43,371 bases of DNA from a virus (lineage: Duplodnaviria > Caudoviricetes). The notes under the pieces were generated by a model. It was not told where the DNA came from, did not search any database, and was given only the letters and a program-made list of their open reading frames with translations. The position numbers and the translations under genes were made by a program. The stretch covers positions 1 through 43,371 of IMG/VR virus record IMGVR_UViG_3300017747_002445. One strand, given 5' to 3'. Shown in pieces: positions 1-8,624 of the stretch. Numbering within the stretch: position 1 is the stretch's first letter; each line of letters opens with the position of its first letter.

Positions 1-17
1 ATTTGTCCTGTATTCAT
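1..17 (-). CDS. 5' end of an ORF running off the window (MNTGQ...)
   Basis: ATG at 17-15 on the - strand, just after the T-run of the 23-57 hairpin. Only 5 codons are visible. Confidence 0.4.
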
Positions 18-22
18 AAGAT

Positions 23-57
23 AAAAAAAGCTCGCAAGAACCACTTTGCGAGCTTTT
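23..57 (-). terminator. Intrinsic terminator or attenuator hairpin
   Basis: Perfect 12-bp inverted repeat (26-37 / 46-57), 8-nt loop, ending in T7 on the - strand. Confidence 0.8.
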
Positions 58-132
58 GAGTTGGTTAGTATTTGTAACCACCTTCCAACCCCCGGTTGCT
101 GTGGTTCTTTAGCAAACGGGGGGCGGAATATT
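23..132 (-). ncRNA. Candidate structured leader or small RNA (three hairpins, loop-loop complementarity)
   Basis: Lies between the promoter at 137-168 and the terminator at 23-57. Hairpin 1 TTCC..CCCCC..TTGCT/AGCAA..GGGGG..GGAA, hairpin 2 TGGTTA/TAACCA, then the terminator. Confidence 0.6.
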
Positions 133-136
133 TTAG

Positions 137-168
137 CAAACATAAAACAACCACGCGAGGTTGTCAAG
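137..168 (-). promoter_or_regulatory. Bacteroidota primary-sigma promoter with a palindrome in the spacer
   Basis: CTTG(168-165)-N20-TATGTTTG(144-137). The spacer contains ACAACC-N6-GGTTGT (147-164). Confidence 0.7.
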
Positions 169-355
169 GATTTTCTTCATTATTTTTTATGTGCCATGTT
201 TCGCACTCCCAACACATATACACCTGCTGGTCGTAATCACAGTTCTCCTGGGCCTCTTTACGAGTCTTGTAACACCTTTTGCCACAGCCATATATGGAGT
301 TTTTAATCATAAACCCAAGCGATAAGAGTACCAGTATAATTGAGCAGATAAACAT
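164..355 (-). CDS. Small membrane-anchored Cys/His (probable Zn-binding) protein
   Basis: Hydrophobic N-terminus, then CGKRCYKTRKEA...YMCWECETWHI. Has its own promoter directly upstream. Confidence 0.7.
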   Translation of the reverse strand: MFICSIILVLLSLGFMIKNSIYGCGKRCYKTRKEAQENCDYDQQVYMCWECETWHIKNNEENP

Positions 356-359
356 AGCG

Positions 360-390
360 CAAATTTACGCAAAATAGGCCTGTTTACAAG
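360..390 (-). promoter_or_regulatory. Bacteroidota-type promoter (leftward)
   Basis: CTTG(390-387)-N19-TAAATTTG(367-360), with ATG 4 nt downstream. Confidence 0.75.
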
Positions 391-396
391 CAAGAA

Positions 397-427
397 CTTG
401 ACACTGTGTGATTTGTTTGTATATTTG
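397..427 (+). promoter_or_regulatory. Bacteroidota-type promoter (rightward, head of the packaging operon)
   Basis: CTTG(397-400)-N19-TATATTTG(420-427), with ATG at 432, 4 nt downstream. Confidence 0.75.
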
Positions 428-431
428 CAAT

Positions 432-647
432 ATGACAAAGTTGAGACCACCAGACGGACGTGTTTTTGTATCGCTTGATAAAAAGCACAAATACCAAATG
501 GACGTAACGATAACTGCCGTTGGAAACGGGGTAGACCTTGAGGTTGGAAAAAAGGTTTGCGTTGTCGGTAAAATGCAGAGAGTTGAACTTCAAGACATTG
601 AGATTTATTCTGTCAGTGTTGACAATATTGCTTTTTTATATGAATAA
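432..647 (+). CDS. Minimal GroES/Cpn10-like protein (71 aa)
   Basis: KLRPPDGRVFV...ITAVGNGVDLEVGKKV...YSVSVDNIAFLYE follows the GroES pattern. Start moved to ATG 432. Confidence 0.7.
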   Translation: MTKLRPPDGRVFVSLDKKHKYQMDVTITAVGNGVDLEVGKKVCVVGKMQRVELQDIEIYSVSVDNIAFLYE

Positions 648-942
648 TACACAGAACTGGAACAGGGCGATACTGCTTGTAAATCAAATGATTGAGCAGA
701 AGATTGAGATTTACGAAGTGATGAAAATATTCACACCTATGTCTGCTCGCGCTCGCAGAAGTTTGCTGTACTGCAACCCCAACATAACAAGCGATCAATT
801 GGACGAGGTGGAACTGGCAATAAAAAGATATAAGTCAACGCTTGAAGAGATGGGGAAAACCCAGGTCGAGACTCGCATAAAGCGTTCTACGTATTTTCAA
901 AAACTGAAAGAACATTATGATAAGGACAAAAACCAAAAATAA
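640..942 (+). CDS. Hypothetical protein (100 aa)
   Basis: ATG 640 overlaps the end of the upstream gene. No motif recognised. Confidence 0.65.
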   Translation: MNNTQNWNRAILLVNQMIEQKIEIYEVMKIFTPMSARARRSLLYCNPNITSDQLDEVELAIKRYKSTLEEMGKTQVETRIKRSTYFQKLKEHYDKDKNQK

Positions 943-1168
943 CTACCTGAAAATCATAGAGGTATACGAGTATTATATCGATAGGGAGAGCACGGATATG
1001 GGGCGTATAGAATCCCTCATGAGCAATTGGGATGCAATTAACCTATTTGGTACTTACTCATCACTCAGAAGAGGCGTGAATAAGATAAAGAAGAAGATGC
1101 CGGTTGGAAAGAAGAACTTTGAAACTCAAAAGCGACTCTTTGAAATTTATAAACTTTTATCGAAATGA
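917..1168 (+). CDS. Hypothetical basic protein (83 aa)
   Basis: Fills the operon, with an ATGA overlap with the next gene. Confidence 0.6.
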   Translation: MIRTKTKNNYLKIIEVYEYYIDRESTDMGRIESLMSNWDAINLFGTYSSLRRGVNKIKKKMPVGKKNFETQKRLFEIYKLLSK

Positions 1169-1965
1169 ACTTTAACGACATAGACATAGACCGCCTCAGG
1201 CTTGTAAATGGACAATGCCTAGTTGAGATTCATTCAATGGTTGAAGATGAGATTGATTTTAACGGAGGCAAGTTAAAGCTTGTGAACAAGGTAAAGAACA
1301 ATATAGAAGAGCCTCATCATTCGGACATCATGAGTCTTGTGAAGTCAATGAAGAAAAGCCATTACAAAGATGCTGATGCCACCAAAGAGTACACAAGGAT
1401 GATGGCTGAGATTAATCGTGTGGCTGAAGACAACAAGGAAGACCACGAGGCAAAGCAAGCTGTAAGAAGAGGAGTGATAGTGAAGGTGTCTGAAAAAGAA
1501 TTAGGATGGGAAGGCTGGGATTTTGATTGCGAGTTTGACGGTGTAGTAGGGGATGAAATATGGTTTGACTCTATTAATACAAGACAAAGAATTGAAGACG
1601 GTGTAGGCGGGTTTATAGAGAATGGCAAAACCTACATACTTGTTCCTTCAAGAGCTATATACGCAGCAAGGAGAAATGGAGAGGTTGTAAGCCTAAATGG
1701 TTATATCATTGGTAAAGAACTACCTAACGATAGAAAGTATGGATCTTTGTTCTTGCCTGAGTCTCAGATAAGCAAGGTTGAAGTCGTTGTCCCCGCCGCA
1801 AGAACACCCAGATATGTCCATGAGGGATGGTCAAACACTGATCTTAAAAAGGGAGATATCGTTTACATGAAACAACAACACTGTATAAAACTAGACTCTA
1901 CATTGGCCGAGACCACTGATATGGTTCGTTTTCAATCAAGAATTGTATTAGCGATCGAAGAATGA
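1165..1965 (+). CDS. Tandem two-domain GroES-like (Cpn20-like) protein
   Basis: Domain 1: LRLVNGQCLVEI...RGVIVKV...VGDEIWF...GKTYILVPSRAIYA. Domain 2: SLNGYIIGK...GSLFLPES...LKKGDIVY...RIVLAIEE. Confidence 0.75.
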   Translation: MNFNDIDIDRLRLVNGQCLVEIHSMVEDEIDFNGGKLKLVNKVKNNIEEPHHSDIMSLVKSMKKSHYKDADATKEYTRMMAEINRVAEDNKEDHEAKQAVRRGVIVKVSEKELGWEGWDFDCEFDGVVGDEIWFDSINTRQRIEDGVGGFIENGKTYILVPSRAIYAARRNGEVVSLNGYIIGKELPNDRKYGSLFLPESQISKVEVVVPAARTPRYVHEGWSNTDLKKGDIVYMKQQHCIKLDSTLAETTDMVRFQSRIVLAIEE

Positions 1966-2615
1966 TAAAATTAGATTTTAGTAAAATATCATACAACATT
2001 GAAGGCGTGCCTGATGACGAGTCGGTAATATATCGCTTTTCAGATTTGGCTAGTCAAGCTCACATTCTTGACAGATCTGACGACCTTCCCGAAGGCGTTA
2101 GTGCTGATAAGGTTGTGCGCTACCTCATATATATGTTCGCTCCAGGAACGCCTGTTAAAGATGCGTATCCGGACATCAACCAGCGCAAACGATATACGCT
2201 TAACAAACTGAACATAATGGTTGATGACACGGATCCAGAGAACGGGTACGCTCAGCTCTGCATGATGAATGTGGACTGGGCGGTGGAGCGGTACATTGTG
2301 TTCACGCGATTACAATGCTCGGAGGACTACTCAATCATGAGTACAGCGGATATCCGAATAGCTGCGTTGCAGAGGGCGCTTTTGACTCAGCCTGTGGACA
2401 GGTCTAATGACGATAAGAACTTCCAAGCGGGACTTGAGAGTTGGCGCCAAACCCTAGTAGATGCGCGTACTCGAATCATGAATGACGAGGTAAGTATAAC
2501 CTTGCAGAAGGCGATTACCTTCTCAGTTCGTGCAGAGAACTTGGGCATACAGCCCGAACACTACTCCCGCATATGGCGTGAGAAGAAAGAAATATTCCCG
2601 GAGGTAATACCATGA
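1962..2615 (+). CDS. Hypothetical protein, possible terminase small subunit
   Basis: Coupled by ATGA directly upstream of TerL. Function inferred from position only. Confidence 0.45.
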   Translation: MIKLDFSKISYNIEGVPDDESVIYRFSDLASQAHILDRSDDLPEGVSADKVVRYLIYMFAPGTPVKDAYPDINQRKRYTLNKLNIMVDDTDPENGYAQLCMMNVDWAVERYIVFTRLQCSEDYSIMSTADIRIAALQRALLTQPVDRSNDDKNFQAGLESWRQTLVDARTRIMNDEVSITLQKAITFSVRAENLGIQPEHYSRIWREKKEIFPEVIP

Positions 2616-5074
2616 AGTACGAATACGATGAGGAGGATAAATATGTTTCGTTCCATGAGGACGACGATGAATTGGACACGATTCGCATTCCGCTGCCGCG
2701 TCTGGAAGAATGGTATTCTCACCATCTAAATCGAGAGGTAACAAGAGAAGAGGCTCTCACGTATGTGGACGGGTATGGATTAAACCCAAAAGACCAAAAG
2801 TTTCAATATCAGGAAACACCTGAGAAGATAAAGCTTATCTATGAGGTTGTGTTCAATAAGAAGCACGAAACCAACAAATCCAAATACAAGGAAGTAGGCG
2901 ACGTAAGGCTTGAGGACATCTACGAAGAGATTGAATCAAACCAAAAGTACTACTCGATGGAGATTGAGTGGATCAAGCTCCAGATAAAACGCAGATACGT
3001 TGGGTACTGGTGTTTCATTAAAGGGAAACCCACATACATAAACGGCGCAAACTATTTCTTCCTAAACTTCTGGACGGTAAAGAACTTTGGTAAAAACAAC
3101 AACCGTCCAGACTACCGTGATTATCAGAGAAAGATGTTTCATCTGTTCATGTATGCTTATACGACAGAAGATGCATTTTACAAGCATAGGGTTTTCTACA
3201 GACAAGACGGTGTCGTGAAGACAAGACACTCCAATCAAGACACCAAGAATGTTGTAGAGGACATGAATGAGATGAACGTGGAGTATTACATCGAGCCGAA
3301 TGTAAACGTCACGGTTTCAAAAGGAAAGAGGACTGTTCACGGTATCAACTTTGTCTCCGGGCGACGTATCGCCAAGACAGCAATTGCTTGCTGTTTCTGT
3401 ACGTGGGGAACACTCAATATGCCTGACCAAACCTTTATCATCCAGGCGATGAATGAAGACCAGGCGGTAAACAAGATATTTATAAAGCAAATTCAAACAC
3501 CAGTAAGCAAGCTCCCCTTCTTCTTCCGTCCGCATTACCGTGGTCGAATCGAGGCGAAGGAGGGCTTGCGTTTTCAGTATGAAGGAGCAATCGCATCAGC
3601 AGCAAGAGCAGGAATTATCCCTGAGCAAATGGAGTGCTTCATCACGCCGCTCCCATCGACGGAGAAAGCGGCGGATGGAGAAGCGGAAATCGCATTTGTC
3701 TACCGCGACGAGCCAGCGAAGAAAACGGATGCGAAGGCGGCAGACCAAAACATCCCGACGTGGTGGTACAACACGATGAAGCCAGCCATCGAGCGAGGTG
3801 AGAACATTCGTGGGTTCTGCATCATGCCGTCTACGGTGGGTGACATGGACACAGGTGGTGGAGCGCAGTTCTTTGACATTGCCAACGACTCGCACTTCTC
3901 TGACCGAAATGAGAACGGGACAACCCCGTCAGGACTCATCAACTTCTTCCTTCCCGGTTACTATGCGGTAGAGGGTTACATTGACGAGTACGGGGCAAGC
4001 ATCATCGACGACCCCAAAGAGCCAGTAATGTCCAACGAGGGTAAGTGGATCACCAAGGGCGCTAAGTCATACCTACTAAACCAGGCGGACTACTTCGAAC
4101 GCAAGCGTGAGTGGCAGAAGCTGATCAAGTTGCAGCAAAACTTCCCAATGACGTGGAAACAAGCGTTTGCCGTAATCCCCAAAGATATGGGTATGCCCAT
4201 CGAGAAGATGCGTGACCGTATATCCGAGTTGAAGTTTTCTCGAACTCCAATCAGTACCAAGATAAATTTCAAATGGGCTGGAGATAAGTTTGGAGGGGAT
4301 GTGTACGTGGAGAACGACCCGAAGGGAAGTTGGACAATGAGTTATCTTCCACCAAACGAAATGAGGAATAGAAGAACGGTTGTAACGATGGAGGAGGGTT
4401 ATATACCACCCAAGGAGAAAGGACCAATATATGCTCCCGACCCTTCCGTGATGAACAAGTTCTTCCTTTGTTGTGACCCGGTAAAGTTCCACAAGAGAAA
4501 CACTGTAGGTAAGAAGAAGTCGAATGCAGCAGCAGCGGTTTTCTACAAACGAGATAGTCAAGTAGACCCAGATAACAAGCCTAGAAACGAATGGGTTAGT
4601 AATGACTGGGTACTGATTTACAACAGACAAACTGAAGACAAGGCTGAATATCACGAGGAGTGGTTAAAGGCTGCTGTGTTTCTTGGGGCATACGTCTACC
4701 CTGAATGGCCCGATGGAGAAGCCCTTGTCGAATATTTCAGAGATAACGGGTTTGATGGTTATCTATTGAAAGACTTAGGTTCCGACGGAAAGCAAGATGT
4801 AAGACCAGGTGTTTGGGCTGGGGAGGCTGAGAAAAACGAAATGGCTGGAGACATCATGACCTTCTTTAACAACAATGTTAAGTACGTGAAAATGTGGGAG
4901 ATAATTGAGGAATGGAGTCAGATGAGGGGACTTGACGACTTGACGAACCATGACTTGTGCGCCGCTACAGGTTGGTGCATGAGAGCCATAAAAAGCAGAA
5001 TGCCAGACATTTACAAGGAGGTGTATCAGCCAATAGAGATAACAGGAGGCTTTACAATGTTTGATGTAGAGTGA
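2612..5074 (+). CDS. terL: Terminase large subunit (crAss-like type)
   Basis: YINGANYFFLNF, Walker A-like GRRIAKT, Walker B FVYRDE, motif III PST, FFLPGY, nuclease CCDP...HDLCAA. Precedes the portal gene. Confidence 0.92.
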   Translation: MKYEYDEEDKYVSFHEDDDELDTIRIPLPRLEEWYSHHLNREVTREEALTYVDGYGLNPKDQKFQYQETPEKIKLIYEVVFNKKHETNKSKYKEVGDVRLEDIYEEIESNQKYYSMEIEWIKLQIKRRYVGYWCFIKGKPTYINGANYFFLNFWTVKNFGKNNNRPDYRDYQRKMFHLFMYAYTTEDAFYKHRVFYRQDGVVKTRHSNQDTKNVVEDMNEMNVEYYIEPNVNVTVSKGKRTVHGINFVSGRRIAKTAIACCFCTWGTLNMPDQTFIIQAMNEDQAVNKIFIKQIQTPVSKLPFFFRPHYRGRIEAKEGLRFQYEGAIASAARAGIIPEQMECFITPLPSTEKAADGEAEIAFVYRDEPAKKTDAKAADQNIPTWWYNTMKPAIERGENIRGFCIMPSTVGDMDTGGGAQFFDIANDSHFSDRNENGTTPSGLINFFLPGYYAVEGYIDEYGASIIDDPKEPVMSNEGKWITKGAKSYLLNQADYFERKREWQKLIKLQQNFPMTWKQAFAVIPKDMGMPIEKMRDRISELKFSRTPISTKINFKWAGDKFGGDVYVENDPKGSWTMSYLPPNEMRNRRTVVTMEEGYIPPKEKGPIYAPDPSVMNKFFLCCDPVKFHKRNTVGKKKSNAAAAVFYKRDSQVDPDNKPRNEWVSNDWVLIYNRQTEDKAEYHEEWLKAAVFLGAYVYPEWPDGEALVEYFRDNGFDGYLLKDLGSDGKQDVRPGVWAGEAEKNEMAGDIMTFFNNNVKYVKMWEIIEEWSQMRGLDDLTNHDLCAATGWCMRAIKSRMPDIYKEVYQPIEITGGFTMFDVE

Positions 5075-5099
5075 TTGTTTTCAACTAATTAATCAAAAA

Positions 5100-5131
5100 T
5101 TTATTACATTTGTCGTGGTTAACTAAATTTG
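5100..5131 (+). promoter_or_regulatory. Tandem -7 boxes upstream of the portal gene
   Basis: TACATTTG 5105-5112 and TAAATTTG 5124-5131, ATG at 5138. The -33 match is weak. Confidence 0.55.
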
Positions 5132-5137
5132 TAAGAT

Positions 5138-7534
5138 ATGATATTGCCACAGTTGGTCGGTAGCGTGTTGTTCCCTAGCGACAACATACCCGAAAGCGAG
5201 AAGTCGAAGCCTGAGTTTGGTTTACGTTGCGCCAGAGCGCTGTATACTCGTTTTTGCGCCGGTGGAACTTATTTTACATACACGCAGCTCCCAGAGATGC
5301 AAGAGACCCGAAACTACGGGGCCGGCAATCAGTCTCAGGAAAAATACAAGAACTGGTTTACCAATGGGTCTCCAATCGGCTCCAAGGGCATAACACAGGG
5401 AGAGGCTTCCTCAACCACCAAGGGAATGAGCAAAGCTCAGAGAAAGGCGATGGCTAATATTAGCTATGATATTTTCTCACCTATGAGAAAGCTATCTAAC
5501 GTGTTGCTTTCTGTTTTGTCTGACAACGATTATAAGGTTCAGTGTCAATCACTTGACCAAAGAATAGTAAAGAAAAAAGCAGACTCTAAATACGATACGT
5601 ATTCTAAGTCAAAATACATAAATCCACTGCTGTCAAAAATAGGCAGACCAACACACAGCTTGCCTTTTGAGGTCACGGACCCCACAATGTTGGACATGGC
5701 TGATCGACTTGGTTTTTTCAAAACAAAATACGAGGTTGCTTTAGAGAAACTGGCGGAGGCTGGTTTTAGAGCGTCAAACTGGGCTGGCCAAAGAATGGAC
5801 TTCAACAGGGACGCTATTGACTTTCATTTTCGCGCAGCTAAAATATACAACGACCCAATTACAGGGCAAGTAAAGGTTCAGTACGTTGATCCAGCCAGAA
5901 TGGTTATGCTTTGGAACGAAGACAACCAAGAGGAGCCTGTAGCAATTGGTCACATTGAAGCGGAGACTATTCAGTCGATGTATAGCAAGCTAATAGAGGC
6001 CGGATTTAGTGACGACCAAATTCAGGCGATGGCTAAGTCTTACGTGCCTTATCAAACTAACATCTCTACCATTCCTCAGTGGGCATTTGAACGCAAGGAT
6101 TCGACCACCAACCGTTGGGTGTGGATGGACTTCAAGGTTTACGTGCTGAAGTTTGAGTATTTATCTACAGACTATAAGCAGTACGTAGAGCGCACTAACA
6201 AGCAAGGATACACAACTTATCTACGCAATAATAAGCCGGTAGAAGAAAAGAAAAAGAATCCAAACGAAAACTACGACGAGGTAAGTTGTAACTACTGGTA
6301 TGAGGGTTCTTACATCATCTCAGGTACAGGCCAGGATCGCATCTACGAATGGAAGAAGAAGCCAAACCAGATGCAGAAGGGCTTATCTCCAATGAGTTCG
6401 TATGTAATCCACCGAATCAACGGTCAATCTCCTACACGCAGCGTGAAGGGGTTGCTTGATGATTTGATGTTTGCGGTATTGAAGTTGCGTGCGGCGGTAT
6501 GGGCTGCTGCTCCAAAAGGATATAGAATTGATGTGGGCGAAGCCGCCAACATCAAGATTGGAGGTGTAGAGTACGACCTGTTCGACCTCATGCACATCCA
6601 CCGTCAAAACGGTATTCAGATTGTCGCCACCAAGTTTAACGCGGCAACCGGTAAGTACGTATCTCAGCCATTGGCTGAAATGGACAACGGTTTAGGTCCA
6701 CAGGGTCAAGAGTGGCTTGCTCAAATTGCAAACCTACAAATGATGATTAAGGATTTGATGGGCATCCCAGACGCGATGGCCGCTAGTCCGGATCAGTCAG
6801 CTGAAAGATTGGTTGGTGTAATAGAGCAGGACTTTGTTGCGGGAAACCACGCGAACTGGCCTCTTCGAGAATCTGAGCGTCAGTTCAAGCAGAAAATAGG
6901 TGAGCGTATCATCCATCAGGCCCGAATAGACATAGAGTTTGACCCTAAGATTAAAGAGTTTTACAAAAGCATCATAGGTCAGCACATGATAAATGCGCTA
7001 GACGAAATAGAGGGCTTGTCACTTGACCAGCTGGCTATTTCTTGCAAGGTGTTGCCGAACGAAAAAGAAAAGGGATCCATTCTCCAGCGTGCAATACAAA
7101 TGTCTCAGATACCAACAAAAGATGGTTCTGTTCTCTTGAGTCCTTCAAGCGTAGAGCGTGTAGCCCAATTGTTGCGTAACGGAGATGTCGATGAAGCATT
7201 GTGGTTTATGGCTACAGAAGAAACGATTGCCCGTAAGCGCGAACAGGAGAATGCTCAGATGATGATGCAGCAAACCATCCAGGGTCAGCAGCAATCCGCT
7301 CTTATGACCGAGGAGGCTAAACGCAAGACCATGATGCAGAAAATGCAGATGGATATAGCCAAGCATAGAGAAATGGCCAATATGGACATGGTTAAGGAGC
7401 AAGAGATTCAAAGAATTAAGGCAGACTCAAACTACCAGGTTCAGTTATTGAAAGGAAAACAAGTTCTGGATCAGATAACGCTTGAGGCTACTTTAGAGGC
7501 GGAAATGGGAAATGAAATAACAGGAATAGTATAA
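5138..7534 (+). CDS. Portal protein
   Basis: 798 aa after TerL. FPSDNIPESEK start, VQYVDPARMV, DLMGIPDAM, and a Q/M-rich coiled-coil C-terminus typical of podovirus and crAss-like portals. Confidence 0.88.
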   Translation: MILPQLVGSVLFPSDNIPESEKSKPEFGLRCARALYTRFCAGGTYFTYTQLPEMQETRNYGAGNQSQEKYKNWFTNGSPIGSKGITQGEASSTTKGMSKAQRKAMANISYDIFSPMRKLSNVLLSVLSDNDYKVQCQSLDQRIVKKKADSKYDTYSKSKYINPLLSKIGRPTHSLPFEVTDPTMLDMADRLGFFKTKYEVALEKLAEAGFRASNWAGQRMDFNRDAIDFHFRAAKIYNDPITGQVKVQYVDPARMVMLWNEDNQEEPVAIGHIEAETIQSMYSKLIEAGFSDDQIQAMAKSYVPYQTNISTIPQWAFERKDSTTNRWVWMDFKVYVLKFEYLSTDYKQYVERTNKQGYTTYLRNNKPVEEKKKNPNENYDEVSCNYWYEGSYIISGTGQDRIYEWKKKPNQMQKGLSPMSSYVIHRINGQSPTRSVKGLLDDLMFAVLKLRAAVWAAAPKGYRIDVGEAANIKIGGVEYDLFDLMHIHRQNGIQIVATKFNAATGKYVSQPLAEMDNGLGPQGQEWLAQIANLQMMIKDLMGIPDAMAASPDQSAERLVGVIEQDFVAGNHANWPLRESERQFKQKIGERIIHQARIDIEFDPKIKEFYKSIIGQHMINALDEIEGLSLDQLAISCKVLPNEKEKGSILQRAIQMSQIPTKDGSVLLSPSSVERVAQLLRNGDVDEALWFMATEETIARKREQENAQMMMQQTIQGQQQSALMTEEAKRKTMMQKMQMDIAKHREMANMDMVKEQEIQRIKADSNYQVQLLKGKQVLDQITLEATLEAEMGNEITGIV

Positions 7535-7539
7535 AACAT

Positions 7540-8601
7540 ATGGAAAACAACGAATTGAACAATCAAGAAGAATTGGTGAACGATCAAGTAACTGAACAAG
7601 TAACCGAACAAGTTAATCAAGAAGCGGCCCCACAGGATGTTCCGTGGTTCGCCGCGTTTGGCTACGAGAATGAGGATTCATTTAAAAACGAATTCGAGCA
7701 GCTGAAGTCATACAAGAGTTTAGCAAGCGAGCTTGAGGACCGCAAAAGAGATCTGGACGAAGGTTTTGCTATCCTACAAGACGCAGATGATCCGTTTGCC
7801 GGTATAGAAGAGGCAAGGACCCTGGTTGCTTTTGGCAAGAAGGGGATTGACTCAAGTATCGCAAATCAAATTGCATCTTCCGACGAGCAGGGACTGATGC
7901 AGGATCCACTTAAAGCGTTGATTCTGGCTGAGGCGGTAAAAAACCCATCTAAATTTAAACAGTTGGGAAAGCAAACTATCGAAGAAGCGATTCGTGAAAA
8001 ATACAACTTGGGCGAAGGCGATTATTACGCTACAGCCCTTATGAAATCAGATGCAATCGACGCGATTGAACTGATAAATAAAACTAAAAAAGAAGTAGAG
8101 GATGTTAAAAATCCTTTTACATTTGCAAAAGAGCTAAAGAGCCAGACTCAAAAACAGATTGCGGAAAGACAGACAATAGCATTTAGCGAGGCAGAGTCCT
8201 ACGCTAAACAGCTAAAAGAGGTCCCCTACAAATTCGGCGATGCGGAAGTTTCGTTAAAAGTTTCAAACGAAGAGGTCGAATCGATTTTGAAGTCGCAATA
8301 TGCTGGTTATTTAGGTCAAGCCTTTGATGCCAACACAAAGGAGGGTAAACAAGCAGTGCGTGATTGGATTACGAACCAAGTTCTCATTCATAAGGTTCAG
8401 TCTGGGGACATCGGAGTTCAAATTGCCAAATCACTTTCTGCTCAAACCGAAAAAAAGGTGGTACGCGAAGTTTACAATGGACAGCCTAAAACGGTGAACC
8501 GAGTAGACAAAAGCACAATAGACTCAAAGAATCTCAGTCCAGCGCAAAGAGATTTGCTAGAGAGAGGGATTCCTTTGCCGTCGCAACAGTTAAAAAGTTA
8601 A
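7540..8601 (+). CDS. Scaffold-like head assembly protein
   Basis: Acidic helical 353-aa protein between portal and major capsid genes. Confidence 0.65.
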   Translation: MENNELNNQEELVNDQVTEQVTEQVNQEAAPQDVPWFAAFGYENEDSFKNEFEQLKSYKSLASELEDRKRDLDEGFAILQDADDPFAGIEEARTLVAFGKKGIDSSIANQIASSDEQGLMQDPLKALILAEAVKNPSKFKQLGKQTIEEAIREKYNLGEGDYYATALMKSDAIDAIELINKTKKEVEDVKNPFTFAKELKSQTQKQIAERQTIAFSEAESYAKQLKEVPYKFGDAEVSLKVSNEEVESILKSQYAGYLGQAFDANTKEGKQAVRDWITNQVLIHKVQSGDIGVQIAKSLSAQTEKKVVREVYNGQPKTVNRVDKSTIDSKNLSPAQRDLLERGIPLPSQQLKS

Positions 8602-8624
8602 TAACGGTTTAAAAACTTAAGAAA

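Noticed and set aside
46-306. 86-aa + strand ORF
   Set aside because: TTG start inside a terminator stem. It overlaps a better supported - strand gene, promoter and structured RNA.
3170-3330. Intein or intron in terL
   Set aside because: The extra segment is short, in frame, and lacks intein terminal residues or endonuclease motifs.
3317-4654. Antisense and alternate-frame ORFs within terL
   Set aside because: Shadow ORFs of a strongly coding, locally GC-richer region, with no motifs or start signals.
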